Below the pieces are notes generated by a model. It searched no databases. It was not told the origin of the DNA and was given only the letters and a program-made list of their open reading frames with translations. Below are positions 54,350 through 64,000 of a DNA stretch of 64,000 nt, in pieces (positions within the stretch are counted from its first letter, which is position 1; each line of letters starts with the position of its first letter). The DNA is from Trypanosoma brucei (taxonomy: Eukaryota). The stretch is from positions 896,001 through 960,000 of the forward strand of contig CP000071.1 in NCBI GenBank assembly GCA_000002445.1. Reading direction: 5' to 3'. The position numbers were made by a program, and so were the translations under genes.

Positions 54350-55294
54350 ATGCCTCCGCCGCCATTCAGTGGATCCAACGTTGTGGATGCAAAGGAGGCC
54401 ACCAAACTGACAGTCGGTCCTCCGGAGGATCTTTGCGTAAGATCTCAGGGACCTGCTTCAGGGGCTAAATTACAGCACAAACCGGCGACTTTACCAGGGA
54501 GCACAAGCGGCAGCCGCTGGGGTCGGCCCCCTCAAAAGACATTGTCCCGGCCAGCCCTAACCTCTAAACCGGGCACGACGGTGAAGCCAAGGCCTCGGCC
54601 CCTTCCATTGCAGTCGAGTGAAGGAACGTCCACACCTGCAATTGCAACAGAGTTAAATAAGGAAAAGAGGGCGAAGGAGCAGGGGGCTCCCCCGGCCCCC
54701 AGGCCTGTTGTTGGTGCTGGTAAGAAGGTAACAGTAGCGGTGGCTCCGACGGAGAAAACGGAGGAGGCGAACCCCCCGGCGCCCGCTTCATCTTTTCTTG
54801 ATGATATGCCTGTAGAGGCGTGTCTGGAGTATCTGACGCGGCCCCATCGCTCGTGGGAAAGTGCCACACGAATTAGAGAATTACAAAAACAGCGCGCCGA
54901 AAACAGCAGCCGCGCGGCCAGAAGAAGGAGTGCTTCCAATTCCCTGTCTTCCTCCATGCAGTTCTCAGCCTCCTCTTCCGTCGGGAATATGAGTGCCCAC
55001 AGTGCCCCGCCCGCCTTCGGCCGCTTCGGTACGGGTTCAACGCGTGCCGAAAGCAGGGGTGGTATTGTGCCGCGTGCGCGGTTTGGTGCACTGCCGGGTG
55101 CGAAACCTGAACCTGAGGGCCTTATGGTGGGTGGTACTTCCGTCGTTGTGAGTGGAGGTCAACTGCCGTTACGGCTGCAGCCCCCACTATCATTTGGCGA
55201 ATGCCGTAGTGCAACAGCAGGGAGTGTTGGGTTTCGACCACATGGCGAAAGGTGTGGTGGTGGGCCGCAGGGGTTTTCATTTTCGATGCAGTGA
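54350..55294 (+). CDS. Pro/Ser/Ala/Gly-rich, probably disordered, hypothetical protein
   Basis: In-frame ATG at 54350 (MPPPPFSGSNVV...) after a pyrimidine tract at 54230-54340. Composition is biased and no domain is recognised, so coding status is plausible but not certain. Confidence 0.35.
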   Translation: MPPPPFSGSNVVDAKEATKLTVGPPEDLCVRSQGPASGAKLQHKPATLPGSTSGSRWGRPPQKTLSRPALTSKPGTTVKPRPRPLPLQSSEGTSTPAIATELNKEKRAKEQGAPPAPRPVVGAGKKVTVAVAPTEKTEEANPPAPASSFLDDMPVEACLEYLTRPHRSWESATRIRELQKQRAENSSRAARRRSASNSLSSSMQFSASSSVGNMSAHSAPPAFGRFGTGSTRAESRGGIVPRARFGALPGAKPEPEGLMVGGTSVVVSGGQLPLRLQPPLSFGECRSATAGSVGFRPHGERCGGGPQGFSFSMQ

Positions 55295-56520
55295 TGTAGC
55301 AAGTGCTTCCGGCTTCCACCTCATTCTTTTTTTTTTCGCGGTGTATGTACTTTGGCGTGCGCTTAGGTATCACCTCCTTCACTTTAATGAGAATATGTGC
55401 CTCGGGAGGATTTGGACGGGGCTTCGGTGAGGATTCGGTTGCATATGTATTCAGTTGAGGTATGAAGGGCAACTGAGAAAGTGAAGCTTCCTGTCTGTCA
55501 CCTCTTTTTCAACACTTTTACTTTGCTGTGTTTGTAGTGTAACGCTTCTTTGACAGCGGCTGTTCGCTCCCGTTGTTAAAGTGTCATGATAAAAGGATCA
55601 ACTGGACAAATGTGCTGCTATAAAGTAACGTAACACCGGAAGAGGGAATATTTAGATTAGGAAAGTGGTACCAGGCGAGGCGGGGCTCAAGTTATGAGGT
55701 GATAAACAGTGCAAGACGTTGCAGCGCAGGCGGAAACCGAAGGCACTAGTGTACTTCAACAGTCGGATTACACCTCAGTCGCTTCGGCAGCGGTCATAGA
55801 CATAAGGCCATATATTATTGCCATTTTTATTATTGTTACATTCTATCCTTCTTTTTTTCTTGTATGCCACTTCACTTTTTCTCTTTTAGTTACCAATATC
55901 CCTCACTTTTCACTGTTCCCACTCATGGATGCATTTTCACCCCCTTTTCATTATGTTGCCGGTCACACAATTGTTCTCCAACCATTTCCACAGATCATGC
56001 CCCACCTCAATATAATTTCATTCCTTGTCTTACCCCTGGGGATAGCAACAGGAAGGGAAGGTGCAAACAGTTAAACACATTTTTGTGAGTGTGGTCACTG
56101 CACGCCCAACTGAAGGTGGGTGAGAGGAAAGGAAGGAGTGCTCGTACGTGTTTGGGGGTGGGGGTAAATCGACAAAATCCGTCTCTCGCATTTCACGTGC
56201 CCACGAACTCTATCCCTCCCCCACCTTACCTAAAGATTGGATGGACAGCGACAACACGGACGGAAGCACCCACAAAATTGAATTCAAGAGAAAAAACTTG
56301 TTTTGTTGTTGTTGTTGTTGGAGATAGGTGTTGGTGGAGGCTAAAGAAAAGGTGGTGTCCCGCAGTGGGGGTCCCAGAAGTTGACCAGTTAGACGCCTTG
56401 GCACCATATTGTTATCACGATTACTGAATAGAACACAATTTATATATATATATACTATAAAGAGAGCGCACCGACAATAAACTGCTAAGGAAGTAATAGT
56501 AAAAAAAGAGTTTTACTCAG

Positions 56521-59500
56521 GTGAAAAAGGAGGCGACAAAAGTGAAGATCCGGGTGGCAGACTGTGCGATGGTTACCACTGGTCTTAGTCCTGGGGCACT
56601 GTCCTTGCTACAAAATGCTGGCATTAACTTGAAGGATTTTTCCAGAGCACAGGCAAGTTATGAAAAGCTTTGTGTCGAGCTCTCCAAGGGAGCATCCGCT
56701 GCTGGTGAAGGGGATGCGACCGCTGCGTCATCAATGGAAGACTTACAGCGCCTCTGTGACGCATGGGGGGAGTACACAGTTGTGGCTCAAGCATACTTTC
56801 GGAAGGTTTCCTTAGCTGCGTTGGAACAGCTAGTCAGTAGACCGCGAGGCGAGTCGTCCGCAACAGAGCGTGCTGAAAAGTTGAACGAGCTTTGTGCCAT
56901 AGGTGAGAAATGGCACGTTGGCAGGGAAACCATGTTCAAGCTTGATCACCCAGAGAAGCTGGCCGCAGTTGTGGTGGAGGCACTCGACTCCTCCAGTTGC
57001 ATCATGCGACTCCTTGCCTTACGGCTCGCCCGAATCTTCGCAGCAGACACTGAATTTCTTCGTTGCCTCTTTTCGAAAGGAGGTGCAGGACTTATTGGTA
57101 TGTGTTTTGACCATGAAAACACTACAGAGTTGGAGTACGTGCTAAGTTTGTGCAGGCGGCTGATTGAACTGCACAAGGCCTCCGCTGAACCATACCACGA
57201 ACTTCCCTTCGGTTGGGTTTACCGCATTGCGGCGCTACTCGACTTGCAGGATCCTGTGCCGAACCTTCTCCTCAAACGAAGGAGTCAAGCGCTCTGCGTC
57301 GCCGTGATGCTTCTTCGGCAGTTCCCACAGATGGCGACGACCGCGTCGCTACATATTACCCTCTTGCGGTACTGTATCGAAAAGGGTGCTGCCACTCGCG
57401 ATGAAGTACAATCTGTTCTTGAGGTGATTCTAGACATGTTTGATTCACCTGAGACACGACAGTATCTAGGTTACAATGACCTTGACGTTCTATACGCACC
57501 TTTTTTGTACTCAACCAACATGTGCAGTACGGAAGACTTAACCCTGATGAATGGAGCGAAAGAGGTACTGGTTATGCTGATGCGGAATTGGGTTGGTGTG
57601 TTGTGGGTGTGTTCCGAGACAAAAGGACTCCGTGCCGTGATTGACATTCTACATTTGCCATGTGATCTTGACAGAAAGATGGTACTACTAACACTTTTCA
57701 ACAAGTTGTTGTATCAGCTGGCACCGCACCGCGGTATAACGCTGGTGGAGCCGTGGCGGGGGTTTAAGGAAAAGCAGGAACTATTCCCGGCCACTCCCAA
57801 TGAACCTGCAGATTCTGAGGGGAGTTTTGTGCTTAACACTCCACTGGGGAGGGGGCATAACAGCAGCGAAAGCATGATCTCCGAACATGTATTTGGTGAT
57901 TGGTGCGATGAGCCGGATGAGTTTGTCCCGACAACCAAGGCGATCGGTTACCACGTGCTAGATCCCATTCTTGGTCGTGTGCTATTGATGCTCTCGCACC
58001 ATGGTCTTCCCATCGCATTGGTTTCAGTCATACAAGACCCCAACTCCAGCTCTGTCCTAACCCACGCCGCGCTATCACTTCTTCAGGACATGCTAACACT
58101 CATGGATACTGTGCTCCCTGAGAAGCCAGTGAAACGACTTCATACGGCACTTAATAAAGCTGTGGGTCGTCTCGCACTCGAGGGTTGTTTGTCGTTGGAG
58201 GGCGTTCTCTCCTCTCGGATCCCTCAACGAGGTAAAACAGCAAAGGGCATAGCAACCACCGCCACGGTCGCGGTTGGGAACGTGGTGGGGAGCGGGTGGG
58301 TGAGTGCACTTTCAACTGCCTCAGTAGCGACGTATGGTTTAGGCGCGTTGGAGCAAGACGATGCAGACTTCAAGAGGATGTTGAAGGATACGAATGTTGA
58401 GGGGGGGAATAGTTTTTTGTCATGGAACTATGACCTACTACTGCTACTTTTTCAGGGCCCACTAAAGAGCATCAGGAGGTTTCGGTGGGTGCTGAATGAA
58501 ACTCTGTTCTTTCGAAACCTCATTGCGTTCTACCTTCCAGTGATTAACACATCTACACGGACCTTTTTGACACTTCAGCCGAGGGAGGCCACTCCGCAAG
58601 TGTGCATGTTGGGGATGGTGATGCTTGACTTGTTCCTCTCTACGCGAGAAGGGACTGCTGCGCTTGATTCATTCGGCTTCAGCGGAGCCATGGCAGCCTG
58701 CCTTGAGGAAGTGATCCGAGGAACACCATATGTGCTAAATAAGCAACGTGTGGGAAAGCGTGTGGGGCAGACTCTACTCCGCATGGTTGGGAGGTACTCC
58801 ATGACGGCAAATGGTCTTGTGGTGCTAAAGGACTCAAACATGTTTTCTACCATCAATAGGATGTTTGTGGAGCTTTCTGGGGAACGGGTTAGCGCCCCGT
58901 ACCCCGATGACACCCTGCAGGAGGTTTGTCTTCAGCTTCTGCGTTGCATGAATCTTGGTGCCGTACCCAACTACGGAGTATGTGAATGGATTCGTCAAAT
59001 GTTTCGTTCAGCGCTATGCAATGAGTCCGACGAGATAAGGTTATGTGCTGTGAAGCAGCTGCGTGATGCCCTGTGGCGTGACTTCTCTACGTCCATGCGG
59101 TGGGGTATTGAAACGCTGGTCCAAGCTCTGCACGACGATCATTCCCGTGTTGTTGAGTGCGCCTTCAAACTCCTGTTGAACGTTTGCTTTTGTTCCGACG
59201 AGGCACTGGATTACCTCATTTCTCTTTCTCCAACAGTACTAATGGAGAGTGACACGATTCGAGAGAATGCCAAACAGCTTGACCTTAACACCTTGCTATA
59301 CTGCATCGTAGGGCGGCCATCAGGGTTCCGATTCCTGCAGTGCTACGGCTGGGTAGAGCAGGAATTACGCCGCTGGGAAGAAACGGAGTCGGCTAACCAT
59401 GTTACTACCGTGGAGAATATGCAATCTGGCCGCGCACTGGGGTCCGGGGCCGACTTTCGTGAAGGTATGAGCGCGTTGTTCCGTCATCGCCACAACCGCA

Positions 59501-60786
59501 CTTACTCCGACACAGGGTTGACCTTTCAGAAGCCCATCACGGCAACCGCCGGACCAGACTCACAAGTTACTCTACCATCTGGAATATTCCCAAGCCACTT
59601 TGCTGCGGTATTGTGTAAGTCCAACGAGGGGTGCACGCTCTTCAAGCACAGCAACCTGTGGCAACGATCCGTGCGACGGATACTTGAACAGCCAATGTTA
59701 CCTGATATTGTGTATGAGTGCGGAACATTTGGCGAGAGGGACAACATCGACGACGATGACGTGGATATGGACGGAACAACAGCGGATGACGATGACGCTA
59801 ATGCGCTGATTGAGGAGGATCCATCATTTGTAGGTCGTTGGGGCACGGAAGCAGCCAAAACTAGTACCGCCAAGCAGGATGAAAAGCACGCACTGCGCCT
59901 GTCGCGAGAGGGGCACCTTCCATCTTCTCATTCGGTGAAACTCCTATCCGCGTCCCGTGGCTATCAAGCGGCTGGACAGACCTACACCATTGAGTGTGTC
60001 GGGGACGTCAGCGAGCTAAAGGACGCCATACTTTGTGTGTGCCACGCCGCATCTAGCGACGCCGGCTTCTCTCTAATGCGTAGCGTGCCTATGTTGCAAA
60101 ATCAACTGATGGCGCTGTCGCGTTTTGCCGATACGGCAAGTGTTTCTAGTATTTGTATTGTTGGTAAATGTCTGCTTGCCCGCTCGAGGCGCGCTGCGGA
60201 GAAACTGACTGAGATATCCCACTACGTAGTAAACGAAAGTAACGCGTACATGAGTGCCGACGGTGTGCCGTACTCCGTTGCTTTTGCTGATAATCGACCG
60301 TCCAACTGGACGGCCATCGGTCGCCGCGACAATCCATCAAGGGTTTCGTGCTCGCCACCATACTTCGCCCACATGCGTTACGATGGAGAGATGGTGGATG
60401 GAAATTCAAAGAATGACGAAGAAACCACCGACTCGGTAGGCTCCACCCCTTCTCCAGTGGACTCTCGCGATTCCAGTACCTTCTGTGACGTTATTAAGGG
60501 CCTGAGTGCGACGTCGACCCGCATCCTTCACCACATCTTTGCACTTTCCAATCCTGTGCGCCGCGACGCTGCAAGACAGATGTTGTCGCAGACCCTAAAG
60601 CATCAACCCCATATCTTTGTGAATCCCCAAATGCGGTGGCTTCTTAGGCACTGCGCTCAGGCTTTTCGTATGCGGTATGACGACCGGAAATTCATAGCTA
60701 GCATATTGGAGGAAGCCCCACTTACAAAACCAACCCCACTAGTCCGTAAAACGGTTGTTTTCGTGCCGGAACCACAGCGTGGCTGA
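56521..60786 (+). CDS. large HEAT/ARM-type protein, possibly a Rictor (TORC2 subunit AVO3) homologue
   Basis: 1421 aa helical-repeat ORF. 'VILDMFDSPETRQYLGYNDLDVLYAPFLYS' resembles the conserved Rictor N-domain segment 'ILHLLNHPKTRQYVRADVELERILAPYTD'. 'LHLPCDLDRKMVLLTLFNKLLYQL' resembles 'LCIPNMEIRRGLLEVLYDIF'. The Rictor assignment is from memory of the human sequence and is not verified. An alternative start lies at 56566 (MVTTGL). Confidence 0.55.
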   Translation: MKKEATKVKIRVADCAMVTTGLSPGALSLLQNAGINLKDFSRAQASYEKLCVELSKGASAAGEGDATAASSMEDLQRLCDAWGEYTVVAQAYFRKVSLAALEQLVSRPRGESSATERAEKLNELCAIGEKWHVGRETMFKLDHPEKLAAVVVEALDSSSCIMRLLALRLARIFAADTEFLRCLFSKGGAGLIGMCFDHENTTELEYVLSLCRRLIELHKASAEPYHELPFGWVYRIAALLDLQDPVPNLLLKRRSQALCVAVMLLRQFPQMATTASLHITLLRYCIEKGAATRDEVQSVLEVILDMFDSPETRQYLGYNDLDVLYAPFLYSTNMCSTEDLTLMNGAKEVLVMLMRNWVGVLWVCSETKGLRAVIDILHLPCDLDRKMVLLTLFNKLLYQLAPHRGITLVEPWRGFKEKQELFPATPNEPADSEGSFVLNTPLGRGHNSSESMISEHVFGDWCDEPDEFVPTTKAIGYHVLDPILGRVLLMLSHHGLPIALVSVIQDPNSSSVLTHAALSLLQDMLTLMDTVLPEKPVKRLHTALNKAVGRLALEGCLSLEGVLSSRIPQRGKTAKGIATTATVAVGNVVGSGWVSALSTASVATYGLGALEQDDADFKRMLKDTNVEGGNSFLSWNYDLLLLLFQGPLKSIRRFRWVLNETLFFRNLIAFYLPVINTSTRTFLTLQPREATPQVCMLGMVMLDLFLSTREGTAALDSFGFSGAMAACLEEVIRGTPYVLNKQRVGKRVGQTLLRMVGRYSMTANGLVVLKDSNMFSTINRMFVELSGERVSAPYPDDTLQEVCLQLLRCMNLGAVPNYGVCEWIRQMFRSALCNESDEIRLCAVKQLRDALWRDFSTSMRWGIETLVQALHDDHSRVVECAFKLLLNVCFCSDEALDYLISLSPTVLMESDTIRENAKQLDLNTLLYCIVGRPSGFRFLQCYGWVEQELRRWEETESANHVTTVENMQSGRALGSGADFREGMSALFRHRHNRTYSDTGLTFQKPITATAGPDSQVTLPSGIFPSHFAAVLCKSNEGCTLFKHSNLWQRSVRRILEQPMLPDIVYECGTFGERDNIDDDDVDMDGTTADDDDANALIEEDPSFVGRWGTEAAKTSTAKQDEKHALRLSREGHLPSSHSVKLLSASRGYQAAGQTYTIECVGDVSELKDAILCVCHAASSDAGFSLMRSVPMLQNQLMALSRFADTASVSSICIVGKCLLARSRRAAEKLTEISHYVVNESNAYMSADGVPYSVAFADNRPSNWTAIGRRDNPSRVSCSPPYFAHMRYDGEMVDGNSKNDEETTDSVGSTPSPVDSRDSSTFCDVIKGLSATSTRILHHIFALSNPVRRDAARQMLSQTLKHQPHIFVNPQMRWLLRHCAQAFRMRYDDRKFIASILEEAPLTKPTPLVRKTVVFVPEPQRG

Positions 60787-61730
60787 CGTATGTCGGGGAA
60801 CGAGCTAGGTAGTTTTTTTTATTGGGATGTTATGTGTGGCTACGTGTGCGACTACCGTTTTATCTCCGTTTCTGTTTTAGCCTTTGTGCGCGTGTGTGTG
60901 TGTGTTAACTTTTTTTGGAGTGGATGCAGGCAGTTGGTTGACGTGGGGTTAGGGTTTACGCGCTGACAGAAGTGGCTGTAGAGTATGGAAAGTCTTTGTA
61001 TCTGTGGAGGGGAAAAGGACGCTGTTTCAGCTGGGCAATTTTACTAGATGCGACAAGCTAGGCCGTGTGCACACCATATATATATTTATTTATTTATCAC
61101 ATTTACTTTTATTTCGTACCCTCTTCGTGAAGTGCGCTAATACGCATGAGAAGGCAGTACAAAGCACCCCCGGGTGCTGCTTCGTCAGTTCATTTACAAC
61201 TGTGCGCGCTGCTGGGAAAATTCTGCTTTACGCTTGCTTTACGACCGGCCGCTGTTACATAGTGAGGGGTTTCGATAGTCCCGTCCCGCTTCTCATTCTG
61301 TACTTTTTTCTTTCTGTTTTTACGATTGTGCATGTGGGTGTATCGTACGTGCGCCGAAACTGTGTGTGTGGGAGTGCTGGCTACCGCGTTGTCATTGAGC
61401 ATCGAGCCTAAGTCTGGAAAGCGTAGTTTTTTTGGTATCAGTGACGTTTGTGAGGGGGGGGCTGGAGGCCGTTTTTGGCGCCTTTGTCTTCACGCTTTGT
61501 GCTTTTGCTCTGTTTGCCTCCGCTGTTGAATACGTTTTAAAAGGATTTACTTCAGCGCTTACCCCCCGGTTTATATGTTTTCTTGTTTTATGTCTTCCTC
61601 GACTGTATATTGCTGCTAATTCGTGTGTTTGCTCTTGTTTGGTATAGGTTGTTGAAGGGAAACTGAGGTAACGTTGACGTGGGAAGAGTAATTGGAGGAA
61701 TATCCGACTGCGTGTTTTCTCGGTTGCACC

Positions 61731-62249
61731 ATGACGGACACCACCAAAGGTGCACTGAAACGAAGCAACACGCTCTTCCTTAGCGACGCGGAACAATTTG
61801 TTTTCGACTTTGGTGGGTCTGCGGGTGGCCGTGCCGTGAGCCCGGGCTCATCGCATGGAAGCGGAGGTCAACCCGGAGAAGGTGACGGGGAAAAGGGTAT
61901 TGAGGAGACCGATTTGGCTAACGGGAGGACCGGAGTGGTGACACCTTTCAGCGAAAGGGAAAGGACTGCTCCAGTGGCACCGTTAGACGCTGAGGAGGTG
62001 CAACGCTATTTTGATAAGGCTCTCAAGGGTGGTCGCCGAATATTACTTGAAAACGTACCCCTCGATGAGGCTATCGAGAAGTTTCAGCTCGGGTTGCGGC
62101 GCTACGAGGAGTGGTTGTGCAACCAAGCCAACAGCAGGAATCGAGGCGACTCGTCGAAGAGCCGTGGGGACCCCTTGAATGAAGGTTATCGTGGAAAACC
62201 GGGTGATGTAGCAAGGGACGCAAAGGATAGGAAACGCCCACGTTTGTAG
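61731..62249 (+). CDS. small hypothetical protein (~172 aa), Gly/Ser-rich N-terminus, basic C-terminus
   Basis: ORF 61692..62249 with a likely start MTDTTKG at 61731. Composition is coding-like and no motif is recognised. Confidence 0.3.
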   Translation: MTDTTKGALKRSNTLFLSDAEQFVFDFGGSAGGRAVSPGSSHGSGGQPGEGDGEKGIEETDLANGRTGVVTPFSERERTAPVAPLDAEEVQRYFDKALKGGRRILLENVPLDEAIEKFQLGLRRYEEWLCNQANSRNRGDSSKSRGDPLNEGYRGKPGDVARDAKDRKRPRL

Positions 62250-63089
62250 TGTTGTATTACTTGTGTTTCACTGAGGGGTTTTATTGTATGTGCGCGCTCA
62301 TGCTTGAGCTGCGATAAAAACAGTTGAAGTGGCGGTGTGCGTGTTGGGGACGCGGTTAAATCCCTTCGGGATGCGGTGAACATGGAGTTGCATGCGCGGT
62401 AGTTTTTTTAATTGCCGCTGTTTGGACCCGCGCCGTGGTCAAGCGCAAAATGAACATTATTTTAATTTTTGCAGTTTGTCTTGGGCTGACGAATAATGAT
62501 GGGTGCTTTGCGTGGTCTTTTTACGTCTTCTGTTTCCCAAATCCCCTGTCGACCCTATTTACTTTTTCCCCCCTCGTGCTGCTTGTGTAAGCAATTTATT
62601 TTAGGTTAAGTAGGTGATAGCGGTAAACTTGCCAAACACCTCCGGTCAAAAGGGTAGGGAAGGGATTACAGCGCGTTTCCGTTCTGAAGTCTCTGTTTGT
62701 AGCAGCGGCGAGTCAGTGAGCTAGTTTTTAGATATAAGCATCATTTTAGGTTTCTTTCTTTCCGTTCTCTGTCTTGTGTGTGTATCGTTTTGTGCGTATT
62801 CGGTACTATTAATTTCATTTGGCTCATCGCACTGTGATATCTGAGTTTCCCACGAAGGCTACGAAGGGCAAAACTTGTTAGAGTGCCGATCACGGAAAGC
62901 CTTTAGAAAGGTGGTGCACTCGGGAGTATTGTCGCAGTGTTGCCACTCCACTGGGAGGCACGAAGGAAAATTTGTACACATATATATTTGTTTATTTACA
63001 TTGTATTATTATAGGGGGAAGGAGTGCTGAACTTTTGGGCACTCAAACCTCGATTCCACCGTCTCTACGCCCACCGCCGTGCTGACACT

Positions 63090-64000
63090 ATGGGGATTAA
63101 AGGGTTATGGGGAGAAGTGAAACCCGTGTGCCGAGACGCACACTTGGAGAAATTCAGAGGGAGCCGTGTTGGAGTTGACATGTACGTGTGGCTCCACCGC
63201 GCTGTCAGCGGAAGCGTTGATCTCAGTACCGAAGCGAATGTTGAAATGCTTAGGGCACATGTTGAAAGCCTGTCAGATCCTTCCGTGACAGTCAGCGCGC
63301 ATCCCATTCCCCTTAACACAAAATTTCTCCACTGGGTGATGAGTCAGGTCGAGCTTCTTCTGCGATACGGTGTGAAGCCTGTGCTGGTGTTTGATGGGAG
63401 GGAGTTGCCAATGAAGCGTGAGGAAGAAGAGGAACGAAGACGGAACAGGATCAAGCACCTCTCTGAGGCTCTGGATTTGCTGCGGCGCAACTCGAGGCCG
63501 ACGCCTAGCGAACGTAAGGATATAGCAGGGCTAGTGGAAAGGGGAATGGACATAACAACGGAGCTTGCACATGCCGTGATCATGATGTTACAAGAACGCC
63601 AGTTGGAGTGCATTGTGGCGCCTTACGAGGCGGATGCCCAGTTAGCGTATTTGTGCCAGCAGAGGTATGTGGACGCGGTAATAACGGAGGACAGCGATCT
63701 CCTTGTGTATTGGTGTCCGCGGCTTATCGCTAAGTTAGATCACAAGGGAAGTTGTCAAGTTATTGAGGTGGAAAGCGTACTTCATTGTCCTTTGTTTAAA
63801 GGACTTTCGTATAACTCTTTCCTCGTCGGCTGCATTCTTAGTGGCTGTGATTACTTACCTAATTTGCGGCATATTGGCGTGAAGAAGGCATTCGGCATTA
63901 TGTCAGAGGCCAGGTCGGTGCCGGATGTCATTCGGTTATTAGAGGAAAACTATGGGTTTCCCAGGGAGCAACTGCGCAAATATGAAGCTGGTTTACAGAG
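63090..64000 (+). CDS. EXO1: XPG/Rad2-family 5'-3' exonuclease, EXO1-like (N-terminal part; continues beyond the window)
   Basis: 'MGIKGLWGEV' is the XPG-N start. 'VKPVLVFDGRELPMKREEEEERRRNR' is the XPG-N acidic/FDG motif with an EXO1-style spacer. 'ECIVAPYEADAQLAYLCQQRYVDAVITEDSDLLVY' is the XPG-I motif (APYEADAQ...TEDSD). There is no stop codon before position 64000. Confidence 0.75.
   Translation, partial: MGIKGLWGEVKPVCRDAHLEKFRGSRVGVDMYVWLHRAVSGSVDLSTEANVEMLRAHVESLSDPSVTVSAHPIPLNTKFLHWVMSQVELLLRYGVKPVLVFDGRELPMKREEEEERRRNRIKHLSEALDLLRRNSRPTPSERKDIAGLVERGMDITTELAHAVIMMLQERQLECIVAPYEADAQLAYLCQQRYVDAVITEDSDLLVYWCPRLIAKLDHKGSCQVIEVESVLHCPLFKGLSYNSFLVGCILSGCDYLPNLRHIGVKKAFGIMSEARSVPDVIRLLEENYGFPREQLRKYEAGLQ

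Noticed and set aside
1-64000. CRISPR arrays, IS elements, integrons, prophage or defence-island signatures
   Set aside because: None present. There are no direct-repeat/spacer arrays, no transposase/integrase ORFs and no inverted terminal repeats. The window is eukaryotic.

Overview
This window reads as a 64 kb stretch of trypanosomatid nuclear DNA, most likely a Trypanosoma brucei-group genome. The evidence is that every credible gene lies on the + strand as one polycistronic transcription unit with no strand switch, that intergenic spacers are pyrimidine-rich with poly-T runs, (TA)n and (TG)n microsatellites and purine-rich 3' flanks, and that there are no introns and no bacterial operon signals. 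I support about 25 protein-coding genes and found no tRNA, rRNA, CRISPR or transposon-like element. The clearly recognisable products are: T-complex protein 1 gamma, an M17 leucyl aminopeptidase with a lysine-rich tail, coronin, a SIRT4-class sirtuin, an RsmH/METTL15-like rRNA m4C methyltransferase, a mitochondrial ribosomal protein uS9-like protein, a 5-formyl-THF cyclo-ligase-like protein, a Fhit-like HIT protein, a TMEM234-like protein and an EXO1-like nuclease (partial at the 3' edge). The less certain calls are: a Rictor-like large HEAT protein, a giant protein with a C-terminal FCP1/NIF-type phosphatase domain, a PPR+SAP protein, a catalytically degenerate DEAD-box-like pseudo-helicase, and several coiled-coil or disordered hypothetical proteins. 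Things worth a second look are: a ~6.4 kb ORF desert (13.1-19.5 kb) with a ~1 kb island of complex non-coding sequence; a possibly unannotated small HMG-box-like gene in another gap; the lysine-rich KAP/histone-H1-like tail on the aminopeptidase; the pseudo-helicase; and a run of adjacent mitochondrial gene-expression genes. I cannot run database searches, so every product call rests on motifs I recognise by eye.
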